In this document: positions 16,437 through 23,603 of the stretch, piece by piece
How positions within the stretch are numbered: the first letter of the stretch is position 1
How the letters are laid out: each line of letters begins with the position of its first letter
Source of the DNA: Acidothermus cellulolyticus 11B
GTDB taxonomy: Bacteria > Actinomycetota > Actinomycetes > Acidothermales > Acidothermaceae
NCBI RefSeq assembly: GCF_000015025.1
Contig: NC_008578.1
Span: 900,001 to 932,000 of the forward strand
DNA: 32,000 bases
Direction: 5' to 3'
Made by a program: the position numbers and the translations under genes
Notes under the pieces: generated by a model
Seen by the model: only the letters and a program-made list of their open reading frames with translations
What the model was told of the DNA's origin: nothing
Databases searched by the model: none

Positions 16437-17942
16437 ATGACGACCCCGCGGGTGACCGCGCGTGATCCGTACGTCGACCTGGTGCGTGCGATTGCCATCA
16501 CGCTGGTCGTCATCGGCCACTGGCTTCTTTCGAACGTCACCTACCACGGCAGGACATTCAGCGCCGAGGACGCCATCACCGGCGTCTCCTTCGGGCCGTG
16601 GCTCACCCTGCTTTTTCAAGTCGTACCGCTGTTTTTCTTCGTCGGCGGCTACGCGAACGCGCTCTCGTGGAGTCGTCGCCGTGCGGAACGGTATTCGTGG
16701 CTTGGATGGGTCCGGCAACGCATGCGCCGCCTCCTCGTGCCGACCGGCGGTTACGCCGCCGCCATCGTGGCCGTGGTGGTGCTCTGTCGCCTGCTCGGCG
16801 TCTCCGCCGCCAACACGGCCTTGGCTGCATGGGGTGTCGCCTTTCACCTGTGGTTTCTTTCGGTCTACGCGGTCATCCTCTTCCTCACTCCGCTTCTCTT
16901 CGCCTTGCACGAGCGTTTCGGCATTACCGTCGTGCTGGTCATGGCCGCGTTTGCCGCTGTTTTCGACGTCGGGACCGTATTCGGGCATTGGCCGCTTGTC
17001 GGATGGGCGAATTACGTTCTGGTCTGGGGCGCGTTCCACCAGCTGGGCTTTTTCTGGCGGGACGGCGCTCATGTGCAGTACCGGCGGCGTCTTCCGCTTG
17101 TCATCGGTTGCTGCGTTGCCGTGCTCAGTCTCCTTATCGGTTTTGCCGGATATCCGGTGAGCATGGTGGGATTCCCCGGCGCCCGAATTCAGAACCCGTC
17201 ACCGCCGTCTGTGGCGTTGCTCACCTTCGGGCTCGCGCAATGCGGCCTGGCCGCCTGGGTGGACCCGTGGGTGCGCGGCTGGTGGGACCGGGTCACACCA
17301 GCTCGGCTGCGCGCCGCCGTGCGCTTTCTCGCAGTCTCCTCGATGAGCCTGTATGTGTGGCACATGGTGCCGGTCCTCATCGTCTCGGTCATCGGCTATC
17401 CGCTGCATTTGCTTCCCCAACCAACCGTGGGTTCCTTTTCGTGGTGGATTCAGCGCGTCGTGTGGGTCATTCTGCTTGCCGTTACGCTGGCGGGCGTCGT
17501 CGCCCTGCTCGCCGGCTTCCGCCGGAGCGTCAGGAAGCTTCGCCGGGTCGTATCCCTTCCGTTCGTGCCGGCCCGCCGGGAAGCCGCATCACCGCCCGCG
17601 CCGGCCCACCGGAGTATCGCGCTCCGGCGGTTGCACTCGACCGCCCACCCGGCCGCCCAGTCTCCACGGGTGCACTCGACCGCCCACCCGGCCACCGCGC
17701 TTCGGTCGGTGCGCGCCGGAACCCTCGGATGTGCCGTCGCCCTGGTGAGCGGTGCGCTGGCCCGGATTGCCTTGCGCGGCTTCGCCCCCCATGGCCGGAT
17801 CGACGTCGTCACACTTGGCGCACTCGCACTGGGCGGAATAGGTGCGGTCTACCCTGAGCGCGTATCCGACGAGGTGGCGCGCTCTCCATCCGGCCGCAGG
17901 ACGTCGCCGATCAGCGCTCCGGGGACCGGCGGCGAGAAGTAA
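16437..17942 (+). CDS. Acyltransferase family 3 (OafA/YrhL-like) integral membrane protein
   Basis: 501-aa ORF. The N-terminus 'DPYVDLVRAIAITLVVIGHW' is typical of Acyltransferase_3. There are about 10 hydrophobic segments. The low-complexity Ala/Arg/Pro tail contains a 23-nt direct repeat. The 3' end overlaps the convergent gene by 94 nt. Confidence 0.8.
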   Translation: MTTPRVTARDPYVDLVRAIAITLVVIGHWLLSNVTYHGRTFSAEDAITGVSFGPWLTLLFQVVPLFFFVGGYANALSWSRRRAERYSWLGWVRQRMRRLLVPTGGYAAAIVAVVVLCRLLGVSAANTALAAWGVAFHLWFLSVYAVILFLTPLLFALHERFGITVVLVMAAFAAVFDVGTVFGHWPLVGWANYVLVWGAFHQLGFFWRDGAHVQYRRRLPLVIGCCVAVLSLLIGFAGYPVSMVGFPGARIQNPSPPSVALLTFGLAQCGLAAWVDPWVRGWWDRVTPARLRAAVRFLAVSSMSLYVWHMVPVLIVSVIGYPLHLLPQPTVGSFSWWIQRVVWVILLAVTLAGVVALLAGFRRSVRKLRRVVSLPFVPARREAASPPAPAHRSIALRRLHSTAHPAAQSPRVHSTAHPATALRSVRAGTLGCAVALVSGALARIALRGFAPHGRIDVVTLGALALGGIGAVYPERVSDEVARSPSGRRTSPISAPGTGGEK

Positions 17943-19492
17943 TATCCCTGCCCGGTCGTGCACCCCAACCTGATCAGCACCTCGCGTTCGTCCTGCCGTT
18001 CGATTCCCTCGGCGACGACAGTCAGATCGAACACCCGGCCCAGCTCAACAACAGCGGCGACGATCGCCCGTTTGTCGTCGTCCCCGACTATCCCGGCAAT
18101 GAGCGTGTTGTCAATTTTCAGCTCGGCTAATGGCAGGTCACGCAATCGCGGCAGCGGCGTCGTCCCCGTACCGAAATCATCACAACTGAGCCGTACGCCG
18201 AGATCCCGCAGTTTCTTCGCGACCGCATCCGCTGGGTAAAGCCGGGAATTCAGCGTGGTCTCGGTGATCTCCAGGGTCAGGCGGTCGGCAGGAACACCGT
18301 GGAGATGCAGGAGCGTGTCCACGCGGTCAGGAAAGGAAGGGTCGTGGAGGTCCCGTGCGCTGATATTGACGGAGACCGGCAGCGCAATTCCTTTTTGCCG
18401 CCAATGCACGGCACTCGCCAGGGCGGCGTCCAACACGTAGCTGGTCACGAGGCCGATCAGTTCACTCTGCTCCGCCGCGGGAAGGAATTCCGCGGGCCGG
18501 AGCAGGCCGCGCCGCGGATGCTGCCAACGGAGCAGTGCTTCCACTCCGACCGTACGGCCGGTTGCGAGGTCCACGGTCGATTGGTAATGCAGGACGAGCT
18601 GACCGGTTCGCAAGGCGGCGTCGAGTTCCGCGTGCAGCGTGAGGCGCTCGGCGCCGGCCGGGTCGTGCGCGGGCCGGTAATTCTCCACCGCAGGGGAACG
18701 GGCATGCCGAGCCGCTTGCAGGGCCACCATCGCACGGCGCAGCAATTCGGCGGAGGTGTCCGCATCCCGCGGGGCGACAGCCAAACCGGCCGCGACGTCG
18801 AGCGTCAACGGGAGGCCGGCGACGTCGAAAGGCTCCCGGAGCGCACGAAGAATCGCCCTGCTCATGGCATCGGCTCCCTCCGGGCGGTTGAAATCCCGGA
18901 GCAGAACGGCAAATTCGTCCGCACCGAGTCGCGCCACCACGTCCCTGTGGCGTACCCGCGAAGCGAGCCGCATCGCAATATTCGTGAGCAGCTGATCAGC
19001 GGCGGAGTGTCCGACGATTGCGTTGATCTGCTTGAAACCCCTGATGTTGACGACGAGCAGGCCCGCGTACGCCGCGCGACGGTGGATGTCCTCGAACGTG
19101 TCGTCGAGCGCGGCGAGGAGCGCCGGACGGTTCGCCACACCCGTGAGGTCGTCACGCCCTGCGTGTTCGCTCGCGCGACGGTGCGTTGCGGTCGTGCCGC
19201 CGCCTTGGAGCTGAGATACCGGCGTGGCCGGCAGGCCGGCGTGGTCGGTGCAGTCGGCTCCGTCGGCGCCGTCGGTGTCGTCGCTCGACGCGTTCGCCGC
19301 TGCCGATGTCACCGGTGTCGAGGAATCTTCCACCGGCCGCCGTTGAGCGGGGACGAGCGCTCGAGACGCATCGCGGTAGTTGCGATCTGACCATCGAGAA
19401 ATCGTGTGCCATCGCTCGTTTTCGTCAGCATCGCGCGTCTGCGCGCCCGGCTCTCGGCGGGATCGCCGACGGAGAAATCCAGCGAAGCACAT
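17849..19492 (-). CDS. GGDEF (degenerate, GADEF) + EAL domain protein; likely c-di-GMP phosphodiesterase
   Basis: 547-aa ORF. The GGDEF region has 'DDLTGVANRPALL' and 'RLGADEFAVLL'. The EAL region has 'GVEALLRW', 'NISARDL', 'LEITET', 'CDDFGTG', 'LKID', 'VAEGIE' and 'QGYYFSPP'. The N-terminal ~100 aa are low complexity, so the start codon is uncertain. Confidence 0.85.
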   Translation of the reverse strand: MCFAGFLRRRSRREPGAQTRDADENERWHTISRWSDRNYRDASRALVPAQRRPVEDSSTPVTSAAANASSDDTDGADGADCTDHAGLPATPVSQLQGGGTTATHRRASEHAGRDDLTGVANRPALLAALDDTFEDIHRRAAYAGLLVVNIRGFKQINAIVGHSAADQLLTNIAMRLASRVRHRDVVARLGADEFAVLLRDFNRPEGADAMSRAILRALREPFDVAGLPLTLDVAAGLAVAPRDADTSAELLRRAMVALQAARHARSPAVENYRPAHDPAGAERLTLHAELDAALRTGQLVLHYQSTVDLATGRTVGVEALLRWQHPRRGLLRPAEFLPAAEQSELIGLVTSYVLDAALASAVHWRQKGIALPVSVNISARDLHDPSFPDRVDTLLHLHGVPADRLTLEITETTLNSRLYPADAVAKKLRDLGVRLSCDDFGTGTTPLPRLRDLPLAELKIDNTLIAGIVGDDDKRAIVAAVVELGRVFDLTVVAEGIERQDEREVLIRLGCTTGQGYYFSPPVPGALIGDVLRPDGERATSSDTRSG

Positions 19493-20159
19493 GAGGACCT
19501 ATGACTCCTGCCCATGCTCAAGCGTGCGCAGGTACCAGAGGGCGAAAAGGCCCGGCATAGGCTGCGGACAAATGCTCCCCCTACCGACGGAAAAGCTGAG
19601 AAATACGACCGTGCTCACGGCAGCGAGAATGGCGACGCCGGCCGGCTGCGCCGTGCGCAGCAGCTGTTGACGTTGCGGGCCCGTGACGACGGTCACCTCG
19701 CACCTCGACGGTGATGATTTCGTGGTCAGTCTACGGAACCGCGAGCGCGTGTGGGTCGCAATTGTCCTGATCGATAGGGCTACCCGTAGGGCCGTCATCA
19801 CCGGGAAAACTCTGCGACATAACGGCGTCCGCGTTCGCCGTGCGCCGCGCCTGATGCCGTGCGTACCGCACGGTGACACCGTCCGCGGCTGCCGGAAGCC
19901 GCGTGCTGTCAGCCGGAAAGCCGCCATTCGTTGCGGTTGAAGCGTCGCTTCGCATGCGCGCATCACCGTCCGTGAAATTGCGACTGTCGCAGGCGCGCTG
20001 GGGTTGCGGTGTGGCCAGGACTTTTCGTCGCAAGTCGCGGTCGGGGAGTCGCTTCGTCTTGCGTGCACCGGAAAACGCTGTTCGTCGCAACCGCATGGCG
20101 GTGACGTCGCCGCAATTTTCCGGTGCCCCTCGTCCGCTGGCCGTCGCTCGGGGTGCCCG

Positions 20160-20777
20160 CTAGCCGTCGTCCTGGTTACGGCGGGGGTGCGCCGTATCCG
20201 TAGCGGCGTTGCGTGTCAATGCCGCACGGAGCTCCGCCCGCACCTCCTCCAGTAACGCCGTCCGTAGCTTCTGCAAATCGGCTCGCGTCGCCGGCTGGGC
20301 GCCGTCCCGGAGCGTCACCGTGATGGCGCCGCTCGGCTCGAGCACAGCCCGCGCAACGTCGGAGACGTCGGTCGCACCCTGCCGGCGCAACGCGAGCCGG
20401 ATGTCGGCGACGCGCAGACCGAGCCGGTGAATCGTCGACGTACGCGGTCGGCCGTTCTCGACGATGACAAATTCCGGGCCTTCGAAGAGCCGGACCAACC
20501 GCCGATGCCGGTTGACCAGGCGGACCACGACGTTGTTGAGCGCAACGAGGACGAGAGCGCCGATGAGGCCGCCGGCGAGGCTGTTGTCATTGCCGATGAT
20601 CGCGTTCTGGACGACGTTGGACAGCAGCAGCATGACGACGAGGTCGAAGGTGTTCAGTTGGGCGAGGTCGCGCTTGCCGGCGAGCCGCAGCAGGATGGCG
20701 ATTCCGGCGTAGACCGCGACCGTCCTGATGATCTTCTCTGCGAGCGGGATCTGCAGATGAAAAAGATCATGCAGCAT
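20160..20777 (-). CDS. DUF421 (YetF-like) membrane protein
   Basis: 205-aa ORF. The N-terminal transmembrane segments with 'LAQLNTFDLVVMLLLSNVVQNAIIG' and a soluble C-terminal domain are typical of YetF/DUF421 (from memory). Confidence 0.75.
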   Translation of the reverse strand: MLHDLFHLQIPLAEKIIRTVAVYAGIAILLRLAGKRDLAQLNTFDLVVMLLLSNVVQNAIIGNDNSLAGGLIGALVLVALNNVVVRLVNRHRRLVRLFEGPEFVIVENGRPRTSTIHRLGLRVADIRLALRRQGATDVSDVARAVLEPSGAITVTLRDGAQPATRADLQKLRTALLEEVRAELRAALTRNAATDTAHPRRNQDDG

Positions 20778-21139
20778 GGTCGACCGTCCTTAGTGGGTGC
20801 ACGTCTCGACGCACTGCTCCCGGGCCGGCAGACGTCGCGGCGCCGTTCGCTTTCGCGAGGACGCTACCGCGTCGCGAATCGTGCCGTAGCCAGGCGCGCG
20901 GAATGAGACACGCCGGTGCAATGTGATCAGCGGCGTCGTCCTGGCCGCGTACCGGCGGCAGACAGGCCCGCAGAGCCGGTACGCTGGCCCGACGGCGTCC
21001 GCCCGGGCGGTTGCGTGGCGGGATAGGCTCAGGTACCGGCGCGACGCCGCGGGCCGCGGTGCTGCGGGCCCCGACGATCCCTCGATGTCGCGGGCGCGGG
21101 GCGTCGATACCGGAGTACGTCAGGAACGGCAGATGCCAC

Positions 21140-21213
21140 GGGGCGGTAGCTCAGCCGGTTAGAGCTGCGGACTCATAATCCGCTGGTCGCAGGTTCGAGT
21201 CCTGCCCGCCCCA
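21140..21213 (+). tRNA. tRNA-Met (anticodon CAT), elongator type; tRNA-Ile2 (lysidine) cannot be excluded
   Basis: The cloverleaf was folded by hand. Acceptor is GGGGCGG/CCGCCCC, D stem GCTC/GAGC, anticodon stem GCGGA/TCCGC, anticodon loop CTCATAA, variable loop TGGTC, T stem GCAGG/CCTGC, T loop TTCGAGT and discriminator A. Total length is 74 nt. CCA is not encoded. The G1-C72 pair argues against an initiator. Confidence 0.9.
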
Positions 21214-21214
21214 C
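21170..21214 (+). repeat. attL-like copy (3' part of tRNA-Met, from the anticodon stem/loop through 1 nt past the discriminator base) of a 45-nt direct repeat
   Basis: GACTCATAATCCGCTGGTCGCAGGTTCGAGTCCTGCCCGCCCCAC matches 22494-22538 at 44/45 positions. Confidence 0.85.
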
Positions 21215-21331
21215 GCAGTTTGCCCAGATCACCCACGCAGTTTGCCCACGTCAGAGGCCGTATTCCAGGTCATGTCCCCTTCGCCTGGAAAGGCTCGTGC
21301 TAACCCCCTGCTACCCAACTTCGGGCGAACG

Positions 21332-21586
21332 GAACGGTGGCACGGGGCAGGGCAGTATCAGACCGCGGACCCCCGGAACGGCCAGCGGATCTGGGGCGTC
21401 ATCGACCAGCTGCCTCGCGGATTCGACGGACGGCGGCGGAAGAAGTAGATCCAGGGGTTCCCGAGCAAGCGCGCCGCCCAGGTGAGGCTCACCGAGGAGT
21501 TGAACAAGCTCGACGGAGGGGGTTCGCAACCGTCGATGCCGCGAAGTAGTCGCCGCTCCGTGCGGATCGACCTCTCGCACCCGTGA
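21332..21586 (+). pseudogene. Tyrosine-integrase N-terminal remnant with an in-frame stop and no catalytic domain
   Basis: A single frame reads ...ERWHGAGQYQTADPRNGQRIWGVIDQLPRGFDGRRRKK*IQGFPSKRAAQVRLTEELNKLDGGG... This resembles the 'W.ar....dG.Rr....GF.TK.eA...L...l' N-terminal region of actinobacterial phage-type integrases. There is an in-frame TAG at 21446-21448. The frame ends at 21586, directly against the convergent PIN gene. Confidence 0.5.
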
Positions 21587-21600
21587 CCCCGCCGTGGCAG

Positions 21601-22194
21601 CTATCCCCTGCGTGCTCGCACTTGTCGACACCACGGGAGCCGTCCGGAGTTGATGTAGATGACAAGGAGATCCTCGGGGACGTTCGCGAAGCCAGCATCG
21701 GTCGTGACGATTACACGGCCGCTATATTCGACCGCCGTCGCGGCGTGGACGGCATCGTAGGACTGAAGCCCGTAGCGATCCATGAGTTCCGAGACAGCGG
21801 CGTAGACGGCATCGACCGGCACTATCGCGTACGTGAAGGCACTCAGCAGCTCCTGCCAAGCGCCCATGGTCGTCTCGATCAGCGTGCGGGCCATTCGAAG
21901 CGTCCGACCGTCGTGGCGTCGCCGCTTCCAATCCCTGGGGTAGCGCTGGATGAGGGGATAGCGGAAGGCGACCTCACGCAGCTCAAGCTCCAGGAGGCGA
22001 TTGAAGACGAGCTGTGTCCCGTGTGCGGCGAGGGACTCCAGGAACCGGCGAGCCGCATCGTGGTGCGGCTCCGCGCTGAGGAGCGCATTCACCGCGAAGC
22101 TGGAATCAAGGGTGGCAACGTCCGGTATCGGGCAGTCTCGCGATTCAAATGAGTAGACGTTCCGGGGAAGGGGCGGGCGACCCTGCCTGGGCAC
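21601..22194 (-). CDS. vapC: PIN-domain ribonuclease toxin (VapC-like)
   Basis: 197-aa ORF with a GTG start. The acidic residues sit at PIN-typical positions: 'TLDSSF' (N-terminal D), 'ELELRE', 'SYDAVHAATA' and 'VTTDAGF'. A small ORF lies immediately upstream. Confidence 0.7.
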   Translation of the reverse strand: MPRQGRPPLPRNVYSFESRDCPIPDVATLDSSFAVNALLSAEPHHDAARRFLESLAAHGTQLVFNRLLELELREVAFRYPLIQRYPRDWKRRRHDGRTLRMARTLIETTMGAWQELLSAFTYAIVPVDAVYAAVSELMDRYGLQSYDAVHAATAVEYSGRVIVTTDAGFANVPEDLLVIYINSGRLPWCRQVRARRG

Positions 22195-22197
22195 GCT

Positions 22198-22347
22198 TTA
22201 TCTGATGGCCTTCAGCGCCGACGTCCTCGTTCGCACGCGAGACGTCGCCCGCCGTACCGTGGCTTTCTTCGCGGCAGGCGACGCCATCTTGGCCTTGGTC
22301 ACTATGACCCCCGAGGCCCTATCCTCCCTGACCTTGACCTGCGACAT
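22198..22347 (-). CDS. 49-aa candidate antitoxin (VapB-like) not in the ORF track
   Basis: Minus-strand ATG at 22347, preceded by AAGAGGAGGT with a 5-nt spacer. Translation is MSQVKVREDRASGVIVTKAKMASPAAKKATVRRATSRVRTRTSALKAIR*. The TAA stop at 22198-22200 is separated by 3 nt from the PIN GTG at 22194. Confidence 0.5.
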   Translation of the reverse strand: MSQVKVREDRASGVIVTKAKMASPAAKKATVRRATSRVRTRTSALKAIR

Positions 22348-22493
22348 CGCCGACCTCCTCTTGACCACATGTTAGACGAGGGCAGCAGGGATCGGCTCCG
22401 CCTTCCTCCCTGGTGCGCCCCAGGAGGGGCCCCTGACCTGGACGGGCCGGCTCGCGACGGCCCCGGACGGACGGGGGAGCACGGACGCCGCAA

Positions 22494-22538
22494 GACTCAT
22501 AATCCGCTGGTCGCAGGTTCGAGTCCCGCCCGCCCCAC
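22494..22538 (+). repeat. attR-like orphan copy of the tRNA-Met 3' part
   Basis: GACTCATAATCCGCTGGTCGCAGGTTCGAGTCCCGCCCGCCCCAC. It has no matching tRNA 5' half upstream. There is one T-to-C difference in the T stem relative to the intact gene. Confidence 0.85.
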
Positions 22539-22540
22539 CA

Positions 22541-23353
22541 TCAGATGGCCAGTGACCGGTAGGGCGTTCGGCCGTACCGCCCGATGGGTGGACGCAGCCG
22601 CGGTTTCAGCCACGCCGTGACGATCACTCCGAATGCGAAGCCGATGACGTGGGCCAAGTACGCGACGCCGCTGCCCTGGGCGACGGCGCTGCCGGTTGCA
22701 TAGAACCACTGCAGGAGGAACCAGCCGCCAAGGACGAGCCACGCCGGCAGCGGTAACGGGATGAAGAAGAGGAACGGCACCAGCGACGTGACCCGCGCTC
22801 TGGGCGAGAGGATCAGGTACGCGCCCAGGACGCCGGCGATCGCACCGGATGCTCCGATGATCGGCGTATCGGAATTCCGGAACGCCAACGCGAAACCGTA
22901 GGCGGCGACGTACCCGGAGACAAGGTAGAAGAGGAGGAAACGGAACCGGCCGAACCGGTCCTCCACGTTGTTCCCGAAAACGTACAAAAACAGCATGTTG
23001 CCGAGGATGTGCAGCCAACTGCCGTGGAGGAACATCGACGTCAGCACCGAGAGCGCCGGGATTTTGTGGGGGAAGTAATGGGCGCACACGATCCGGCCGA
23101 AGGCATTGACGTATGCGTGCCGTTCCGGCTCGTTTGTGATCAATTCATGGGGAATGGCCGCGTAGTGGTCGAAGAACCGGTACTGGCCGCAGACCGTCGC
23201 CGCCGTGCCATGGTGCAGCACAGCGAAGTGGTGGATCGGTTCGAGGAGAAAGACGACAAAGTTGATCGCGATCAGCGTGTAGGTGACCACCGGGGTGCGG
23301 AGCACCGGATTGCGGTCGTGGATCGGTATGACCATGCGTGCAGTCTTCCCCAT
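22541..23353 (-). CDS. Rhomboid-family intramembrane serine protease
   Basis: 270-aa ORF with about 6-7 TM segments. Motifs are 'HGSWLHILGNMLFLYVFG', the catalytic 'GASGAIAGVLGAY' and 'AHVIGFAFG'. Confidence 0.85.
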   Translation of the reverse strand: MGKTARMVIPIHDRNPVLRTPVVTYTLIAINFVVFLLEPIHHFAVLHHGTAATVCGQYRFFDHYAAIPHELITNEPERHAYVNAFGRIVCAHYFPHKIPALSVLTSMFLHGSWLHILGNMLFLYVFGNNVEDRFGRFRFLLFYLVSGYVAAYGFALAFRNSDTPIIGASGAIAGVLGAYLILSPRARVTSLVPFLFFIPLPLPAWLVLGGWFLLQWFYATGSAVAQGSGVAYLAHVIGFAFGVIVTAWLKPRLRPPIGRYGRTPYRSLAI

Positions 23354-23366
23354 CCGTTGCCGATCT

Positions 23367-23460
23367 TTAGCGGAGGTTGGGGCAGCTGGTCTGGCGGAAG
23401 TTGGGGCGGCTCGTCTGGCGGAGGTTGGCGCAGTCGATCTTCAGCGGAGGCCACTTGGCC
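23367..23460. repeat. 24-bp imperfect tandem repeat, 3 full units plus a partial fourth
   Basis: The units are TTAGCGGAGGTTGGGGCAGCTGGT (23367-23390), CTGGCGGAAGTTGGGGCGGCTCGT (23391-23414), CTGGCGGAGGTTGGCGCAGTCGAT (23415-23438) and CTTCAGCGGAGGCCACTTGGCC (23439-23460). They lie in the divergent intergenic region between the rhomboid and EAL-HDOD genes. Confidence 0.85.
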
Positions 23461-23603
23461 CGCCTGCGGGTTGCTGATCCTGGACGCGGCCGGCCCGGAT
23501 TCCGCCGTCAGAGCCGCCGCTGTCCCGCTAAGCGCCGCGGGCGGCAGCTGCGCAGGGCTCTTCGGAACTCTCCGGCGATTTTCCTCAACTAGGCCGGTCA
23601 AAT

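Larger units (their letters stand above)
21215..22493. mobile_element. Decayed tRNA-integrated element (about 1.3 kb) retaining an integrase remnant and a vapBC-like toxin-antitoxin pair
   Basis: It is bounded by the 45-nt direct repeat, one copy of which is the 3' part of tRNA-Met. It contains an integrase N-terminal pseudogene next to attL and a PIN toxin/antitoxin pair. Confidence 0.6.

Noticed and set aside
19499-20068. A 189-aa minus-strand ORF and other ORFs in the 19.5-20.2 kb gap
   Set aside because: The translations are Arg-rich. Hand-sampled third-position GC is similar in all frames. Rare codons such as TTT/AAA are used. Only the last ~65 codons look faintly like a membrane peptide, which is insufficient to call.
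21583-22152. A 189-aa plus-strand ORF across the PIN gene region
   Set aside because: It lies antisense to the minus-strand ORF that has the PIN acidic-residue pattern and a coupled upstream small ORF. The plus-strand translation has no recognisable motifs.
23272-23601. A 109-aa Pro/Gln-rich minus-strand ORF (and the plus-strand LAEVGAAG-repeat ORF at 23283-23477) reading through the 24-bp tandem array
   Set aside because: It overlaps the rhomboid start in another frame. Its periodic sequence is simply the translated DNA repeat. There is no RBS or motif support.
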